Positions 1 to 12,962 of a DNA stretch of 64,000 bases are shown here, piece after piece; position 1 is the stretch's first letter, and each line of letters opens with the position of its first letter. The position numbers and the translations under genes are program-made. Under the pieces are notes generated by a model. The model saw only the letters and a list, made by a program, of their open reading frames with translations, ran no database searches and was not told where the DNA came from. The stretch is from Podarcis muralis (lineage: Eukaryota), in contig NC_135659.1 of the NCBI RefSeq assembly GCF_964188315.1, positions 59,458,001 through 59,522,000 on the forward strand, in the 5' to 3' direction.

Positions 1-1891
1 TTATATGGTGAGAAACACACCCTCTACTGCAACGTCATTCCAGAGAAATCATGCCACAACTGCAGGCACGCAGTCTCACTAATGTCTATTCCCCCTTCCA
101 TTTATGCACACACTAATCTGTTCAGGTAGCCATTCTCTGGTCTGACCCACTTTTCCCTCTGCCCCCCACAAAGAAAACCTGTCATGTGGGCCCTGAAATG
201 TTGCCCATGAAGGAACGTGATCTGCAGGCTGAACACGTTTGGTTTGTGTTGACCAATGTCAGCTCTTCAGGGCTTCAGAGAAGAGTCTTTTGAAGTCCTG
301 TCTGCTGATGATGATGCTATGGACCTTTTGCAAAGGAAAATGTATGTTCTGCTCCTGAACCATGTCCCCACCCTGCAGAATCTCAGGCAGTGGTTCTTCC
401 CATTACCCCCTACCTCATCTACCATGAATGGTACGTGCCAGAGACTGACTCTGGGGCTTTCTGCAGGCAAAGCATTTGCTCAACCAGTCAATGAAAAGCA
501 GCTCGGACTCAAATGAAAACAGCTTGGACTGAAAGTAATTAAGAGCCCACTTCATCTCCAGTGTTCTGTCACTATTGATATAAACTAGCCAAGAGTGTCC
601 CCTTGGGCTCACCATCTATGCACTAGCTCAGAACAGCAAAGACATACCGAGCAAAATACAAGTGCAGCAGAGACAATGGGTGCTGCAACAACTCTGGAAT
701 TCCATTCCGCTAGAAAATTTATTGCATTCACTTATAAATAAACCTAACACTGCTAAGTGCTATTTGTTTATAATTTATAAGATTAATTAAAATTGTAGGC
801 AGAAAGAAACCACTTTCCATTTTCTACCATCGTAGCAGGTGAAGCAGTGAGTGACTCATCCTTCCAGATCCAGGTCCCCGGGGTGCACATTATTCCCCAG
901 AAGGAAATGCACATTTGCCTTCTTTCCTGCTGTTTCCAGGACTTGTGCAAAACACTCACAAGTGCTACTTTTTAATGGACTTTGTTCTCCTGGTTTTAAC
1001 AGCTGAGCAACAGACAGAGATCAACAGGTCTATTGAGAAAGCCTCACCTGTTGGTTTCTGTTTATCGGGCAACTATTAAAATCATAAAGATCACATCCAC
1101 CCCATACATTTAAAGCACTTTTATGCCGCTTTGGAGGTTCCTGAGGGTGCTGGGAAATGTAGCTCCATTACAAACTACACTTCCCAGAATTCTAGAGAGA
1201 AGCTTTTGCTGTTAGTGGAATAAAGGTCTCCTGCTTTTTCAGCCCTCCTGAATGTTACAAACATGGAAAACTGCCTTATATTTTCTTGCCAATTTCATTT
1301 ATTTAATATGTTTATATACCACTTAATACTTAAGACGGTCTAAGCAGCTGATATGCATATAACAAACAATGAAACGAAGAAACTGCAATATAATACAATG
1401 CATAAAATCCCTGCAAAACCAAAAACACACATTTTGAAACTCTTTAGAGTTATGGATGCCTTCCCTTTCCAGCTTTCCCCTTGCCAAGGCACATCCAGGT
1501 TCAAAGATGCAAACCCACCCACCCCGCTAATACATGCACATCACACCCAACTTCTGCCTCATATCGGCACAAATCATACGACACCTGCCTCTCACTCAGC
1601 ATCACGCATCTCATTCTGCTCCCACCCACCCACCAGTACATACAAACACATCATCTACCCAATATCTCCCCCTCGGTCACCAGCCACCATCACCAGTCAT
1701 TCCTTCCACTCAACAAGAAACGTACTGCAAAAACACCGAGAGACAATGAATCCATTCACTGACAGAACCATATAAATAGCAATACAAATTGCCACCAGTC
1801 AATCACCCACATGTACTGTTCCCGACAGCAATCTGGCTCTCACCCAGGTTACTGTCTCCCACCCAAGACTCTCACCCACAGATGGGTGGAA

Positions 1892-1892
<1 letters not shown>

Positions 1893-1932
<40 letters not shown>
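1893..1932. repeat. (CA)n microsatellite
   Basis: Uninterrupted CA dinucleotide run; explains the THTHTH tracts in the ORF track. Confidence 0.97.
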
Positions 1933-1934
<2 letters not shown>

Positions 1935-2789
1935 GCTCCTTGCTCCCATCAGAGTGCCTCAGGCAATTCAACCCACACCAGAGGAACTCCAGAATGCCCA
2001 CCTTGAAGGGGAGGGCACCCTCATTACACTTCTGAGACCCCTTTGGCTCAGCAGTGTTGGTTTTCTAGCATGCTGGGTAGGTGGATGGGTGCCTGAGTGG
2101 CAATTGCCAGCAAGAGCTGCCTTGACTCGCTTCCTCACAGTTCTGGCCCAAGACATTTTGCTGCCTGAGGCAAAGGGCAAGATGGCTCCCCCACACCCAT
2201 TTCATGTACAGAAGCCGACTAGACTGGCTGTCAAATCATACATCAATACCGACAATGGGACAACATTCAGCACAGGAACTGGCAGCAGCAGGCTAATGTA
2301 GAGGTGCATGGAAAGCTGAGTGGCGCACAGAGCTCTGATCTCAAACAGAAAGGGAATGGTCAGGGGGATCCGGAGCATTTGCTGTTGTTGCTGACTCCCT
2401 GCTATCTGCCACCTGGGGCAATTGCCTCACTCAGCCAAATGATAGAGCCGGCCCTGGTTCTGCCCCAGCAAGACAATCCCAGGGCCAGTGAGGCTATCAG
2501 GGAGCAAGTAGGACATGTGGTTTTTATCTCTCTCCCTCCCCCTTACCACCCAGTCTAAAAGTAACCCTTTATCTGAGGAAGGGAAACCTCCTACCAGGGA
2601 TTATCAAACTATTTCTCCATCTAGCTCAGGATTGGCTACACTGGGCATCTTCAGCCTTTGCCGACCCAAGACCCACTTTTAACCCAAACATGCATTTGAG
2701 GGCCCAATTCTGAATCTTTTACCAAACATTTGCATGGTGGTAGTGCCCTTGTTGCAATGGACATTAGATCAGGCCACAAACCACTAGTG

Positions 2790-2925
2790 CAGTGTTTCCC
2801 AACCTTGGGCCTCCAGCTGTTTTGGGACTACAACTCCCATCATCCCTAGCTAGCAAGACCAGTGGTCAGGGATGATGGGAATTGTAGTTCAAAAACAGCT
2901 GGCGGCCCAAGGTTGGGAAACACTG
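2790..2925. mobile_element. hAT-type palindromic MITE
   Basis: TIRs CAGTGTTTCCCAACCTTGGG / CCCAAGGTTGGGAAACACTG; whole element is near-palindromic; 8-bp TSD CACTAGTG at 2782-2789 and 2926-2933. Confidence 0.92.
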
Positions 2926-3017
2926 CACTAGTGGGTCCCAACCCAGCAGCTGAAGACCAGTGGTCATCAGCCACTAGATTCCTTCAAAAGAAAACTAGCC
3001 AGATTGACAGATAAGAA

Positions 3018-3165
3018 TATAAAAAGAGCCTGCTGGATCAGGCCAATGGCCCATCTAGTTCAGTATCCTGCTCTCACAGTAGCCACCTAGATGCCCATGG
3101 GAAACCTGCAAGCAGGATTTGACCACAAAGCACTCTGCCCTCCTGTGGTTTCCAGCAACTGGTAA
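3018..3165 (-). mobile_element. CR1-type LINE 3' end fragment
   Basis: aagagcctgctggatcaggccaatggcccatctag... is the reverse complement of related segments at ~5810-6000, ~12330-12510 and ~29150-29330. Confidence 0.65.
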
Positions 3166-3624
3166 GCACATCTGAAGGGTGCCTTCTGATGCTGTTTACA
3201 TATTTGGCACACAACAGTAACTGGCACGCTTAATGAGAACATAGGTACTGCTCTTGTTTAAAAGGTCCGCTCAGAGAGTTCTCTCAGAGAAATAATCGGC
3301 CCAGAGTCATGTGCGCATCAATTACACACTGTGCAAGCTTCCCAGCCACCCAACCACACTTATACCTCATTAGGCAAATGCAGAAACCAGTCACACAGAA
3401 TGCTGTCTTTTTCCACATGACTGGCTCTGTCACCTCCACATGCTACAGGGCCATCTGTCAATGGTCCCTTGCTCCCACCGTGTCCCTTTGAAAACTCAAA
3501 AATGCCACCATGCAACACTGACACAGCCACATAGGAGCAAAACTGTGCACGCCTGCTAATTAACTGTCAAAGGCACACTGAACTTCAGTTGATGCCTGGA
3601 GACACACAAGTGTCCCTTGGGAAA

Positions 3625-3770
3625 TTGTGGACTCTCCTTCCTTGGAGGTTTTTAAGCAGAGGTTGGATGGCTATCTGTCATGGATGCTTTAGCTGAGATT
3701 CCTGCATTGCAGGGAGTTGGGCTAGATGTCCCTTAGGGTCCCTTCCAACTCTGCAGTTCTGTGGTTCTAT
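3625..3770 (+). mobile_element. CR1 LINE / CR1-tailed SINE 3' end
   Basis: ccttccttggaggtttttaagcagaggttggatgg...ggtcccttccaactctgcagttctgtggttctat, typical CR1 3' UTR with degenerate (ATTCTRTG)-type tail. Confidence 0.8.
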
Positions 3771-3894
3771 AAGTTTCTGTCAGTGTGTGGGAGGTGTCAC
3801 TTTGGTCTAGTTGGATCTGTAAGTAGGGAAGGGAAGAAAAATGACTGACCCTATGTGTCTGTAAAATCTGAAACTGACCTACAGTTAGGTCTTA

Positions 3895-4302
3895 AATGGG
3901 GATGGAACAGCCTATCAATTTTGGTTCTCTCAGTTTCTGCTTTTTCCAATCTTAAATTCAGCTCTTGCACCAATTTGCAATTTTATTTTTAAAGAAGTCT
4001 CCTGAAAATTTATCAGCATTTTAGTGCAGATTTCTCCTAAATAACACATTTTTATATTCAATTTTGACTAATGTACATGTTTGCAAGGAATTTATGCTGA
4101 TATAATTTTGTTCATTTTTGTTCATTAGCTTCATTAATATCTTCATTTTCATGCCCACTTCCCCCAGTGTATGCATTTTTGCAAACTTTTTGAGTTGGAA
4201 AATTCAGGAAAGTGTGAATTTTGAAAAAGAGACATTGGTTCACATATTGTTTTGGAAGGATTCAGTTTAATTGTGTACTGAATCAAATTTCTCCTCCTAG
4301 TC
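3895..4302. mobile_element. Old AT-rich non-autonomous DNA-transposon-like repeat (unclassified)
   Basis: AT-rich degenerate element bounded by ggggatgg... and ...gaatcaaatttctcctcctag; resembles squamate interspersed repeats from memory only. Confidence 0.4.
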
Positions 4303-5544
4303 TTAATGGCCTAGATGTCAGACTGGAATACTCTAAATATGATATGTATAAATAAACTACAGCTTCCAAAACCTTTTCCCAGGGCAGCACTGCATACAGC
4401 AATTCACAGTAGTCCAAACCCAAGGACCTTGATGCTATAGCGTCCATGATGTCTGTTCAAAGACTACAAAACAAGGACAAATGGTTGGCACAGAGAGAAG
4501 TTGTTTCCGCCTTTAAGAGGCAAAGAGGGGAAAGTAACTTCCAAAGCAACTCATGGAAAATAAGGCAAGCATGGACCTCCATGTGTGTCTACAGCTCTGT
4601 GTGTGGTGCACAGATGTGACACATGGCCCAAGTGTGATGGCTGCAGCAACGGTGACAGCTGAGTCCAATCACTTTAATTAGTGGCTGGCCAAAAGAGTCC
4701 TTCCATGAGATTGAGCCCCTTCAGCTAAATGAAGAAAGTCAAAGAGCATCAAGCTAGAGGCCAATCTTGCTACTCCAGCTTTTCCAGTACATGTAGCCAC
4801 CTGACTCTTCTGTCTGACAGCTCCCTTGGGGCAGTAGCACAACCAAGACAGAGCCTCCAGCTGCACAGGTCACCAGATTATGCCTTCATACCTTGTAGCA
4901 TTACTGAAGGCAGGGGAGGGGGGGTGTCATCACCTTCCACAAAGGCAGCATCTGTCACAATCTAGAGACAGGCTATGATTACTGCTTCTCCAAGTACCCA
5001 CAGGCTTCAGTGGACATAACAGAATCCTGAGACAGGAGGACTCTCCAGCATTGAGAGGACAGGTCATTCCATCAAGGTTAAGGAACCTTCTGAAAAATGG
5101 AGAGGCTGAGCAAGGCAGGAATGGATGCACAAATATAAAAAGCCAGAGCGAAGGAGAATTGATGTTGGCAATATGCCGTCGTAAGGATCTTTTTATGTCT
5201 ACTTTATAAAGAGTAGCACATTTAAGACTCTCTATCATCTCAATGGTTTAAGTGGACACCAGTTATTATGAGTTCGGCGGATTACCATTGCTGTTAACAC
5301 TTTGCTTCATTCTCAGGAAGGAAAGTATTCAATGTCTTTAAAACCATCTGCAATGCACACGGTGCCTATCCAGGTTTTGCATTGTTTCCCATAATTTAAG
5401 ATACTCAAGTTCCAAGAAATCCTGGGACAGAAAACAGAATAGTAACTCATGGCAAAGCAGAATTGATAGCTCATTGAGTTAGGAAGCAAGTATGTAAACA
5501 GCATGCCCTTGTTGATTTCTCCACCCCAGGACTGGCCTTCCTGG

Positions 5545-6000
5545 TAGTCAATGATAGAAGTTTATAAAATTATGCATGGCACAGAGAAAGTGGATAGAGA
5601 ACAGTTTTTCTCCATCTCTCATAACAACAGAACTCATGGCCATCCAATGGAGCTGCATGTTGAAAGATTTGGGTTAAATCAAAGAAAGTACATACTTTTT
5701 CATATAGTGCAGTTAAACTATGGAACTTGCTCCCCCACCATCTTGGACTCCTTTAAAAGAGGACTAGACAAATTCCTGGAGGATAAGGCTATCAGTGACT
5801 GCTAACCATGATGACTATCCTCTTCCTCCACAGTCAGAGGCAGTAATGCTTCTGAACACCAGTTGCTGGAAGCCATTTTGGGGAAATTGCTCTTGTGCTT
5901 GAGTCCTGCTTGCAGGTTTCCCACAGGCTACTTGAAGAACAGGATGCCGGACCAGATGACAGATGGCCTGTTCCAGCAGGATTTTCTTAGGTTCTTATGC
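5545..6000 (+). mobile_element. CR1 LINE 3' fragment (ORF2 C-terminus plus 3' UTR)
   Basis: ORF 5551-5805 MIEVYKIMHGTEKVDREQFFSISHNNRTHGHPMEL... is the characteristic CR1 ORF2 C-terminal motif. Confidence 0.9.
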
Positions 6001-6532
6001 AAGTATAGGCAGCTTCCCTTTGTTAAGGGGAAAGCATTTATGCTGCAGGAACCCCAGACAGGAAGATCTATCCTGGGGCTGCAATGAAGTGTCTGTTTCT
6101 CATATGTAAGAACAGCAGATGCAAAGGAAAACTAGAACTAACGGTGAGATCTGGAAAAGACAGGAGACTTGTGGGCCCATACAGTGGCGAAGATACCTGC
6201 TCTGGCACTGGGAGTGGTGTACATCCAGGGGTGTGGCTGGCGCGCATCCCAGGAGGCGTGGCACACCACCTGTGGGCAGCGTGGTGAGCATTGGGGGGTG
6301 CATGACATGCAGTGCACGTCCCGGGGTGTGTGTGGCGAGCAGCGAGCATCCCAGGGGTGCGTGGCAAGCACCAAGCTTCCCGGGGATGCACGCCAAGCTT
6401 CCTGGGGGTGGGGGCGGCCGCGATGTCACTGTTGGGATGTTCCATGCCACCTTAAGGAACAGGCATGTGGAATTGTTGCATGTCACATGTCTGTTTACAC
6501 TCCAGCACAGTATGCTGGGAACTTCCGTTTGT

Positions 6533-7271
6533 GTATAATAATAATAATAATAATAATTTATTATTTATACCCCGCCCATCTGGCTGGGCCTCCCCAGCCA
6601 CTCTGGGCGGCTTCCATAAAAACCAAAAATACAATAAAATATCACATGTTAAAAACTTCCCTGAACAGGGCTGCCTTAAGATGTCTCTTGAATGTCAGGT
6701 AGTTATTTATCACTTTGACATCTGCTGGAAGGGCGTTCCACAGGGTGGGCGCCACTACCGAGAAGGCCCTCTGCCTGGTTCCCTGTAGCTTTGCTTCTCG
6801 CAATGAGGGAACCGCCAGAAGGCCCTCGGCGCTGGATCTCAGCGTCCGGGCAGAATGATGGGGGTGGAGACGCTCCTTCAGGTATACTGGACCGAGGCCG
6901 TTTAGGGCTTTAAAGGTCAGCACCAACACTTTGAATTGTGCTCGGAAACGTACTGGGAGCCAATGCAAGTCTTTCAAGACCGGTGTTATATGGTCTCGGC
7001 GGCCGCTCCCAGTCACCAGTCTAGCTGCCGCATTCTGGATTAGTTGTAGTTTCCGAGTCACCTTCAAAGGTAGCCCCACGTAGAGTGCATTGCAGTAGTC
7101 CAAGCGGGAGATAACCAGAGCATGTACCACTCTGGCGAGACAGTCCGCAGGCAGATAGGGTCTCAGCCTACGTACCAGATGGAGCTGGTAAACAGCTGCC
7201 CTGGACACGGATTTGACCTGTGCCTCCATGGACAGCTGTGAGTCCAAAATGACTCCCAGGCTGCGCACCAC
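6533..7271 (-). mobile_element. L2 LINE 3' fragment with RT C-terminal ORF and (TAT)n tail
   Basis: ORF 6642-7271: VHALVISRLDYCNALYVGLP...LQLIQNAAARLVTG...HITPVLKDLHWLPV, an L2-clade ORF2 signature; (AAT)n run at 6533-6563 is the tail. Confidence 0.95.
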
Positions 7272-9639
7272 CGAGCTTTTGCTTTTGCTGTTTTGCTTTG
7301 GACACGAAGGAGATCAGACATGTTTCCTTTTGTCCTGATGTACGCTGAATAAAACTTGCTTGTAAATATGCTCACACAGACTCTCGTGCCACTTCTGTTG
7401 TGCAGCGTTTGCTCTGCTGAGTAGCCTGCTCAGTCTTCTGGTCTGCAGATTCGTGCTGCACCAAGGACTGGAGTTCACCCAGCACACCAGCTGGAGCTGG
7501 AGCCAGCCTGGGGGCCTGCCAATTGCCCCCGTTTCCTTGGCTGCATGCCAACAGTCACAAACCCTGGATGGCACCTGGGGCAGACCACTCTCCCGCCCCA
7601 CCTTTGTCCGCCAGTGGGCCCATGACCAAAGCTCACTACAGAGATAGAGAACCTTTTATAGCCCATGAATCACCTTCTGGCTCTTACAGGCTCCTCTGGA
7701 TCGGGGTCCCCATTTCTACCAGTGCCTACTCACCCATATCTAGCCACCACGTCTCAGTGTCTCTGACAGCAACCTGGAGCCAGTCCATTCTGAAGGCACC
7801 TCAGCACCCATCCCAGAAAATTATGAGAAGCCATGACCACAGACAGCACATCCTTCACTGGGAACATTATCCTCCAGTTTCCATAGGCCTGCTGTCAGAA
7901 CACAGCCAAAAAAGTAATAAAGTAATAAAACCCCAACCCTAATCAGCATCGTAGGCAAGACTATTTCTTTCTTCAGTGCGTTGCAGACTCCAGCAGGTTC
8001 ATCACACTCTGTCATGACTCTCCTCTTTCTTACTCATGCTTTAATTTTTAAAGAAGCAGGACTAAAAAGGGGTTTTAATACCTGTAGTGAATTCCAAGCA
8101 GTGCACTTACCGGTAAATAACAAGTGACAGAATACAGTAACTCTTCTCACCATGGGCTAAGAAGACAAGCATTGTTACCAGAGCAGTGAACGTGATCCAC
8201 CCTGATTTATTTCAGGTTTATGAAGCTTTTGTTTTGGGTTTTTTAATTCAAGTTTTATTATTGTGTTTGTGTGTGTGTCTGTACTTACAGAATCAGCCTT
8301 GATAGTGTGTTGCTTTTGCACTATCATACTGAATCTAGGCAGAAATCCTGTGCACATTTGCCTGTGCGTCCCACTGAAGACAATGGGACTTATTTCAAAG
8401 TATAAGATCGGGTACATGAGAGGTTTGGGACATTATGTAATCATGAAAAGGAACAGGAAGCATACAAAAGCTACATTTCCCATTCTCCATGCTCCTTCTT
8501 TGCAACTGCTAGGCCAAAAATTGGGTTATATCTAGTATAAAGTCATTTAGCGGTATTCTTCTTCCACTGGCATAATGCTTTGTACCAGCAAAATGTTGTT
8601 GTGCAAGAGAATGCATAAGGAGATGACCAATAATTTTGTCACACAATAGATGGTACAATCTATTGCACAATGACTTACTAGTCCAGCTTTTGTGCTGGAT
8701 TCTTCTGTTATTCAACATTCAAACTCTCTTCTCTGCTAGTGCAAGAGCCCTTGCACTAGCAGACAGAGAACACTAAGAATACACAAATAGCCCAAAGAAA
8801 GCTACACAGCATTGTCATAATCTGCTAATGTCAGAGAACCCCTCAATCAACAGGGTGGCTAGTACAGAGCACTTTCTGTGATCTAGACTGCATCACAATT
8901 CCCACTAATGGAGATGTTCTTGGAGCTTATATCCTCTTGGGATTGCATAAATCACAGTTGGTATTTAAGCAATACATACTAAAGTGAAAGACTATTTCAT
9001 TTTTGGCAGGCAGCCAACATAAATACTTTTTAAGACTAGTGGATGTTCCGTACAGCATGTGTCATGTGGGACCTCGGTGGAAGCTTATCTAGAAGGTCAC
9101 AGTTCCCACACAGTGCTGTCTCAGCATAAATAGCTGTGAGTTAAGTGCTATTTTATGGAAAAGTCAGACTCAACCACTTTAAGGCCCAGGATTTCCAGGC
9201 ATTATCTGGGCACAAGAAGGGTAATTGCTGGCTGCCACCACATTCTCCTCAAGATAACAATAATCTTATGCAATATTGAGATTCCAGATACAGAGCCTGT
9301 AAAGCAATCTCACTTCATCCCACATACTGCTGAACTCTACCCTCTTTCCAACGCATACTTCATTTCTCAGTTATGATTATTATTTGTATAATAATAATGC
9401 TCTTCATCTAAAGATCACAAGGGGGTTCACAATATAAAAATAAAATGAGAATGTGAAATACATAATAAAACAGAAACCAAAGCAAACCAATAACCCCCCT
9501 CCCACACAAACAGAAAGTGTCTATAACATAGCAGAGCCTCCACTGTCTTTTCAAGATTCACCTTCAGTTTATTGGCCCATATTCAACCCATCACCACATC
9601 CAAGCAACATTCTAACACTTCAGCTGCCTCTCCTGATTC

Positions 9640-9990
9640 CATACCCTCCAACATTTAACCAATGAAAATAGGGATATCCCATTCCATAATGATCATTTTG
9701 CTATTTATACCCCACATGTCTTATTGGGTTGCCCCAGCACTCTGGGCAGCTTCCAACATATATAAAAACATAATAAAACATTAAGCATTTCTTAAAAAAA
9801 ACACCTTCCCTATACAGGATTGCTTTCAGACAGCTTGGGGGTTGGATAACTCCGTACCCTCCAACATTTCTCCAATGAAAATAGCGACATCCTAAGGAAA
9901 AGCGGGACATTCTGGATTCAATTCAGAAACCGGGACACCTTCTTTAAATCAGGGACATCCCTGAAAAATAGGGACACTTGGAGGGTCTGT
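9640..9990. mobile_element. Composite lizard interspersed repeat (L2-like tail plus DNA-transposon-like part)
   Basis: taccctccaacattt...aatgaaaatag occurs twice (~9642 and ~9855); 9720-9770 resembles the L2 tail copies at 6570-6620 and 11915-11970. Confidence 0.5.
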
Positions 9991-10089
9991 GATTCAGATA
10001 GTACAGTGAGACAGAGCTTGTCCATATCCTCAGGCCACAATAATAAAAATTAAGCCAGTACAGAGGGAACGAGCAGTGCTCTGGATGCC

Positions 10090-10238
10090 TCCATTGGAAT
10101 TATTCTAACTGGGCATCCAACTCTGTCCAAATCAGAGCAATTTTGTCCCTAAAGTGCCTCACAAAGTTGTTAGAGCCGGACTCCATGGAGGTCAGGGCAA
10201 TAGTGTCTTGGACAGGTGTCAAAAATTCATTCCTTCAG
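10090..10238 (-). mobile_element. L2 LINE ORF2 internal fragment running into the gap
   Basis: Minus strand translates to ...NNFVRHFRDKIALIWTELDA..., resembling the L2 ORF2 F-x-x-H-F-x-D-K-I motif. Confidence 0.5.
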
Positions 10239-10586
10239 NNNNNNNNNNNNNNNNNNNNNNNNNNNNNNNNNNNNNNNNNNNNNNNNNNNNNNNNNNNNNN
10301 NNNNNNNNNNNNNNNNNNNNNNNNNNNNNNNNNNNNNNNNNNNNNNNNNNNNNNNNNNNNNNNNNNNNNNNNNNNNNNNNNNNNNNNNNNNNNNNNNNNN
10401 NNNNNNNNNNNNNNNNNNNNNNNNNNNNNNNNNNNNNNNNNNNNNNNNNNNNNNNNNNNNNNNNNNNNNNNNNNNNNNNNNNNNNNNNNNNNNNNNNNNN
10501 NNNNNNNNNNNNNNNNNNNNNNNNNNNNNNNNNNNNNNNNNNNNNNNNNNNNNNNNNNNNNNNNNNNNNNNNNNNNNNNNNNNNNN
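10239..10586. other. Assembly gap (348 N)
   Basis: Run of N bases. Confidence 1.
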
Positions 10587-11875
10587 CCAAGGCATGTTTT
10601 GGCAAATATTTCCCCTCATTGGGGTTTGTAGCTTTTTGGGGGGTGAAAGCAAGCGTCATGTGTTTACTCCCTGCTTCTGCAGAGAAAGCCTGGGTGCTGA
10701 CACAGAGAGTTTCCTCATTCAGATTCTGCTATTAGGGGTGCCTGGATTCCTCTCCTTGTGCAAAAAAAAAAAAAAAAAAGCACATGGCATTCTCCTGTTA
10801 GGCTCTGGCTGGCTGTACTGCAAGGCTGGTAGCTCTCCTTTCTGACAGCTCCTCTTTCTGAGTCCATCTGTGCATGCCAACAGGGAGAGGACACTATGAC
10901 CAACAGGAGATGCCCTCCTCACATTCCAGGAACTGACACGCAAGTGTCATTGAAAACATTTGGGTCCCCCCCTCTCTCTCCCTCTCCACATCTGATCTGC
11001 ATGCATGCAGCGCGGGTGCAAAGTGGCTAAGAAAAGTGCAGCTGTCTTCTTCTCTATTTTTCCTTCCTTGCTGAGAGTATGTATGGCCCTCCACTACAAC
11101 AGAACTAGATGCAAACCCTCTTCGCTCATCATCCTCCGAACAGCAGCTGCGTGCACAAGGCAATGTTAGCTGGGCTGCAGCAAAACCAGCAGCCTGTGGC
11201 ATGTCTCCCTCTCAGCAGGTGTGGCTGCAGCAATCTGCTAGCTAGTGAAGGTGGCTCCCCCCCCCCCCGCCCCGCTTTCCAAGAGGACAGCCAACAATGA
11301 AAACATTACCAGGCTGGAGCAGTGCAGGGACAAGAGGGAGGGGCAGAGAAGCTTGATTTGGAGTCCTTGTTCTATTTGCCGTTGCTTTAATAGCGGTGCT
11401 GTGTGTTTACGCTGTAATAGCAGGGGTTAGCAGCTGCTATTTGCTCTCTGTGCTGGCTTTAACGCATACTGTGGCGCACAGTGTAAATAGCTGTGTTGTT
11501 CTTCTCCTGGAGTGTGATATAATAAACACTATTGCGTGTGCCAATACAGAATACGCAGCCTCCTCCAAATTTGCCGCTTTCTTTTCAGAGGACACAATGG
11601 ATGGTTTGTCATTTGCCACCCTGAAATAAGAGTTAACTGGGTCAGAAGGCTGGGTCCAGTGTAGCGTTCGCTGGCAGCGAGGAGGCAGAATACTTTCTGT
11701 GTCCAAAATGCTGTTCAAATGAAACTCAATCCTTGCCGTACACTCTTGCCCCTCCCCCTCCAACCCGGCAGGTAGAGATCCACTGTGAGCACAACTCTCC
11801 TCTCTTACATGAAGCATCTGTGTGTGGCTGATTTGTTCCCACAAGAAGAAATGATGGGCACCAATTTTTGATGGC

Positions 11876-11912
<37 letters not shown>

Positions 11913-12300
11913 CGCCCATCTGACTGGGTTTCCCCAGCCACTCTGGGCAGCTTCCAACAAAATATTAAAAATACATTAAAACATCAGTCATTAAAAGCTT
12001 CCCTAAAAAAGGGCTGCCTTCAGATGTCTTCTAAATGTCAGATAGTTGTTTATTTCTTTGACATCTGATGGGAGGGTGTTCCACAGGGCGGGCGCCACTA
12101 CCGAGAAGGCCCTCTGCATGGATCCTTGTAACTTCGCTTCTCACAGTGAGGGAACTGCCAGAAGTCCCTTGGAGCTGGACCTCAGTGTCCAGGCTGAACG
12201 ATGGGGGTGGAGACGCTCCTTCAGGCATACTGGGCCAAGGCCCTTTAAGGCTTTAAAGGTTTGCACCAACACTTTGAATTGTGCTCGGAAATGTACTGGG
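11876..12300 (-). mobile_element. L2 LINE 3' end fragment
   Basis: (ATT)n tail at 11876-11910, then strong similarity to 6560-6965 and 22460-22870. Confidence 0.92.
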
Positions 12301-12329
12301 AGGATTCATGGAGGAGGATGCTGTGAAAG

Positions 12330-12510
12330 ACTACCAGCCACAACAACTATGTCAGAGGCAGTATGTCTCTGAATGCCAGTTGCTGGGAATTACAAGTGCT
12401 GTTATGCTCAGGTCTTGCTTGTGGGCTTCCTGTAGGCATCTGGTTGGCCAATGTGAGAATAAGATTTTGGACTAGATGGGCCATTGGTCTGATCCAGCAG
12501 GCTCTTCTTA
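12330..12510 (+). mobile_element. CR1-type LINE 3' end fragment
   Basis: ...gactagatgggccattggtctgatccagcaggctcttctta, reverse complement of 3018-3060. Confidence 0.65.
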
Positions 12511-12716
12511 CCAGAGTCATGCAGCCCTTGAAAGGAGCTGAAGTGCAGTGCTGGCTCCAGAATTTAGCAGGGAGAAGTGTGGGCTGCCACTGGGACAAGG
12601 AGGGTGTCATATGGATGCTGTTAAAAATGAGAGAAAGGAATAGAAAAACAAGCAGCTTCAAATCCAGATTAAACTCCAGGGTGTGGACAACCCCTACACT
12701 ACCCAGGTGTTTCTTT

Positions 12717-12962
12717 AAAGAGTTGCCTTTCTCCTTCTCGGTAGTAGCGCCCTCCCTGTGGAAAGCCCTCCTACCAGATGTCAAAGAAATAAACAACTAT
12801 CTGACTTTTAGAAGACATCTGAAGGCAGCCCTGTTTTGGGAAGCTTTTAATATTTGATGAATTATTGTATTTTAATATTTTGCTGGAAGCTGTCCATAGT
12901 GGCTGGGGAACCCCCGCCAGATGGGCAGGGTATAAATAATAAATTGTTATTATTATTATTAT
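12717..12962 (+). mobile_element. L2 LINE 3' end fragment
   Basis: Encodes FSVVAPSLWKALLPDVKEINNYLTFRRHLKAALF, matching the C-terminus of ORF 6642-7271; ends aataaattgttattattattatt. Confidence 0.92.

Noticed and set aside
267-380. Minus-strand frame reading ...EQNIHFPLQKVHSIIISRQDFKRLFSEALKS* like a protein C-terminus
   Set aside because: Weak polypyrimidine tract and no protein recognised; cannot be supported without a search.
6068-6538. 125-177 aa ORFs over a GC-rich stretch
   Set aside because: GC-rich repeat-like sequence adjacent to an L2 tail; translations are compositionally biased and unrecognisable.
10143-10845. ORFs of 141-209 aa
   Set aside because: Artefacts of reading through the N gap.
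11437-11844. 135-aa minus-strand ORF with an internal acceptor at ~11633
   Set aside because: No recognisable domain; region better explained as regulatory or non-coding.
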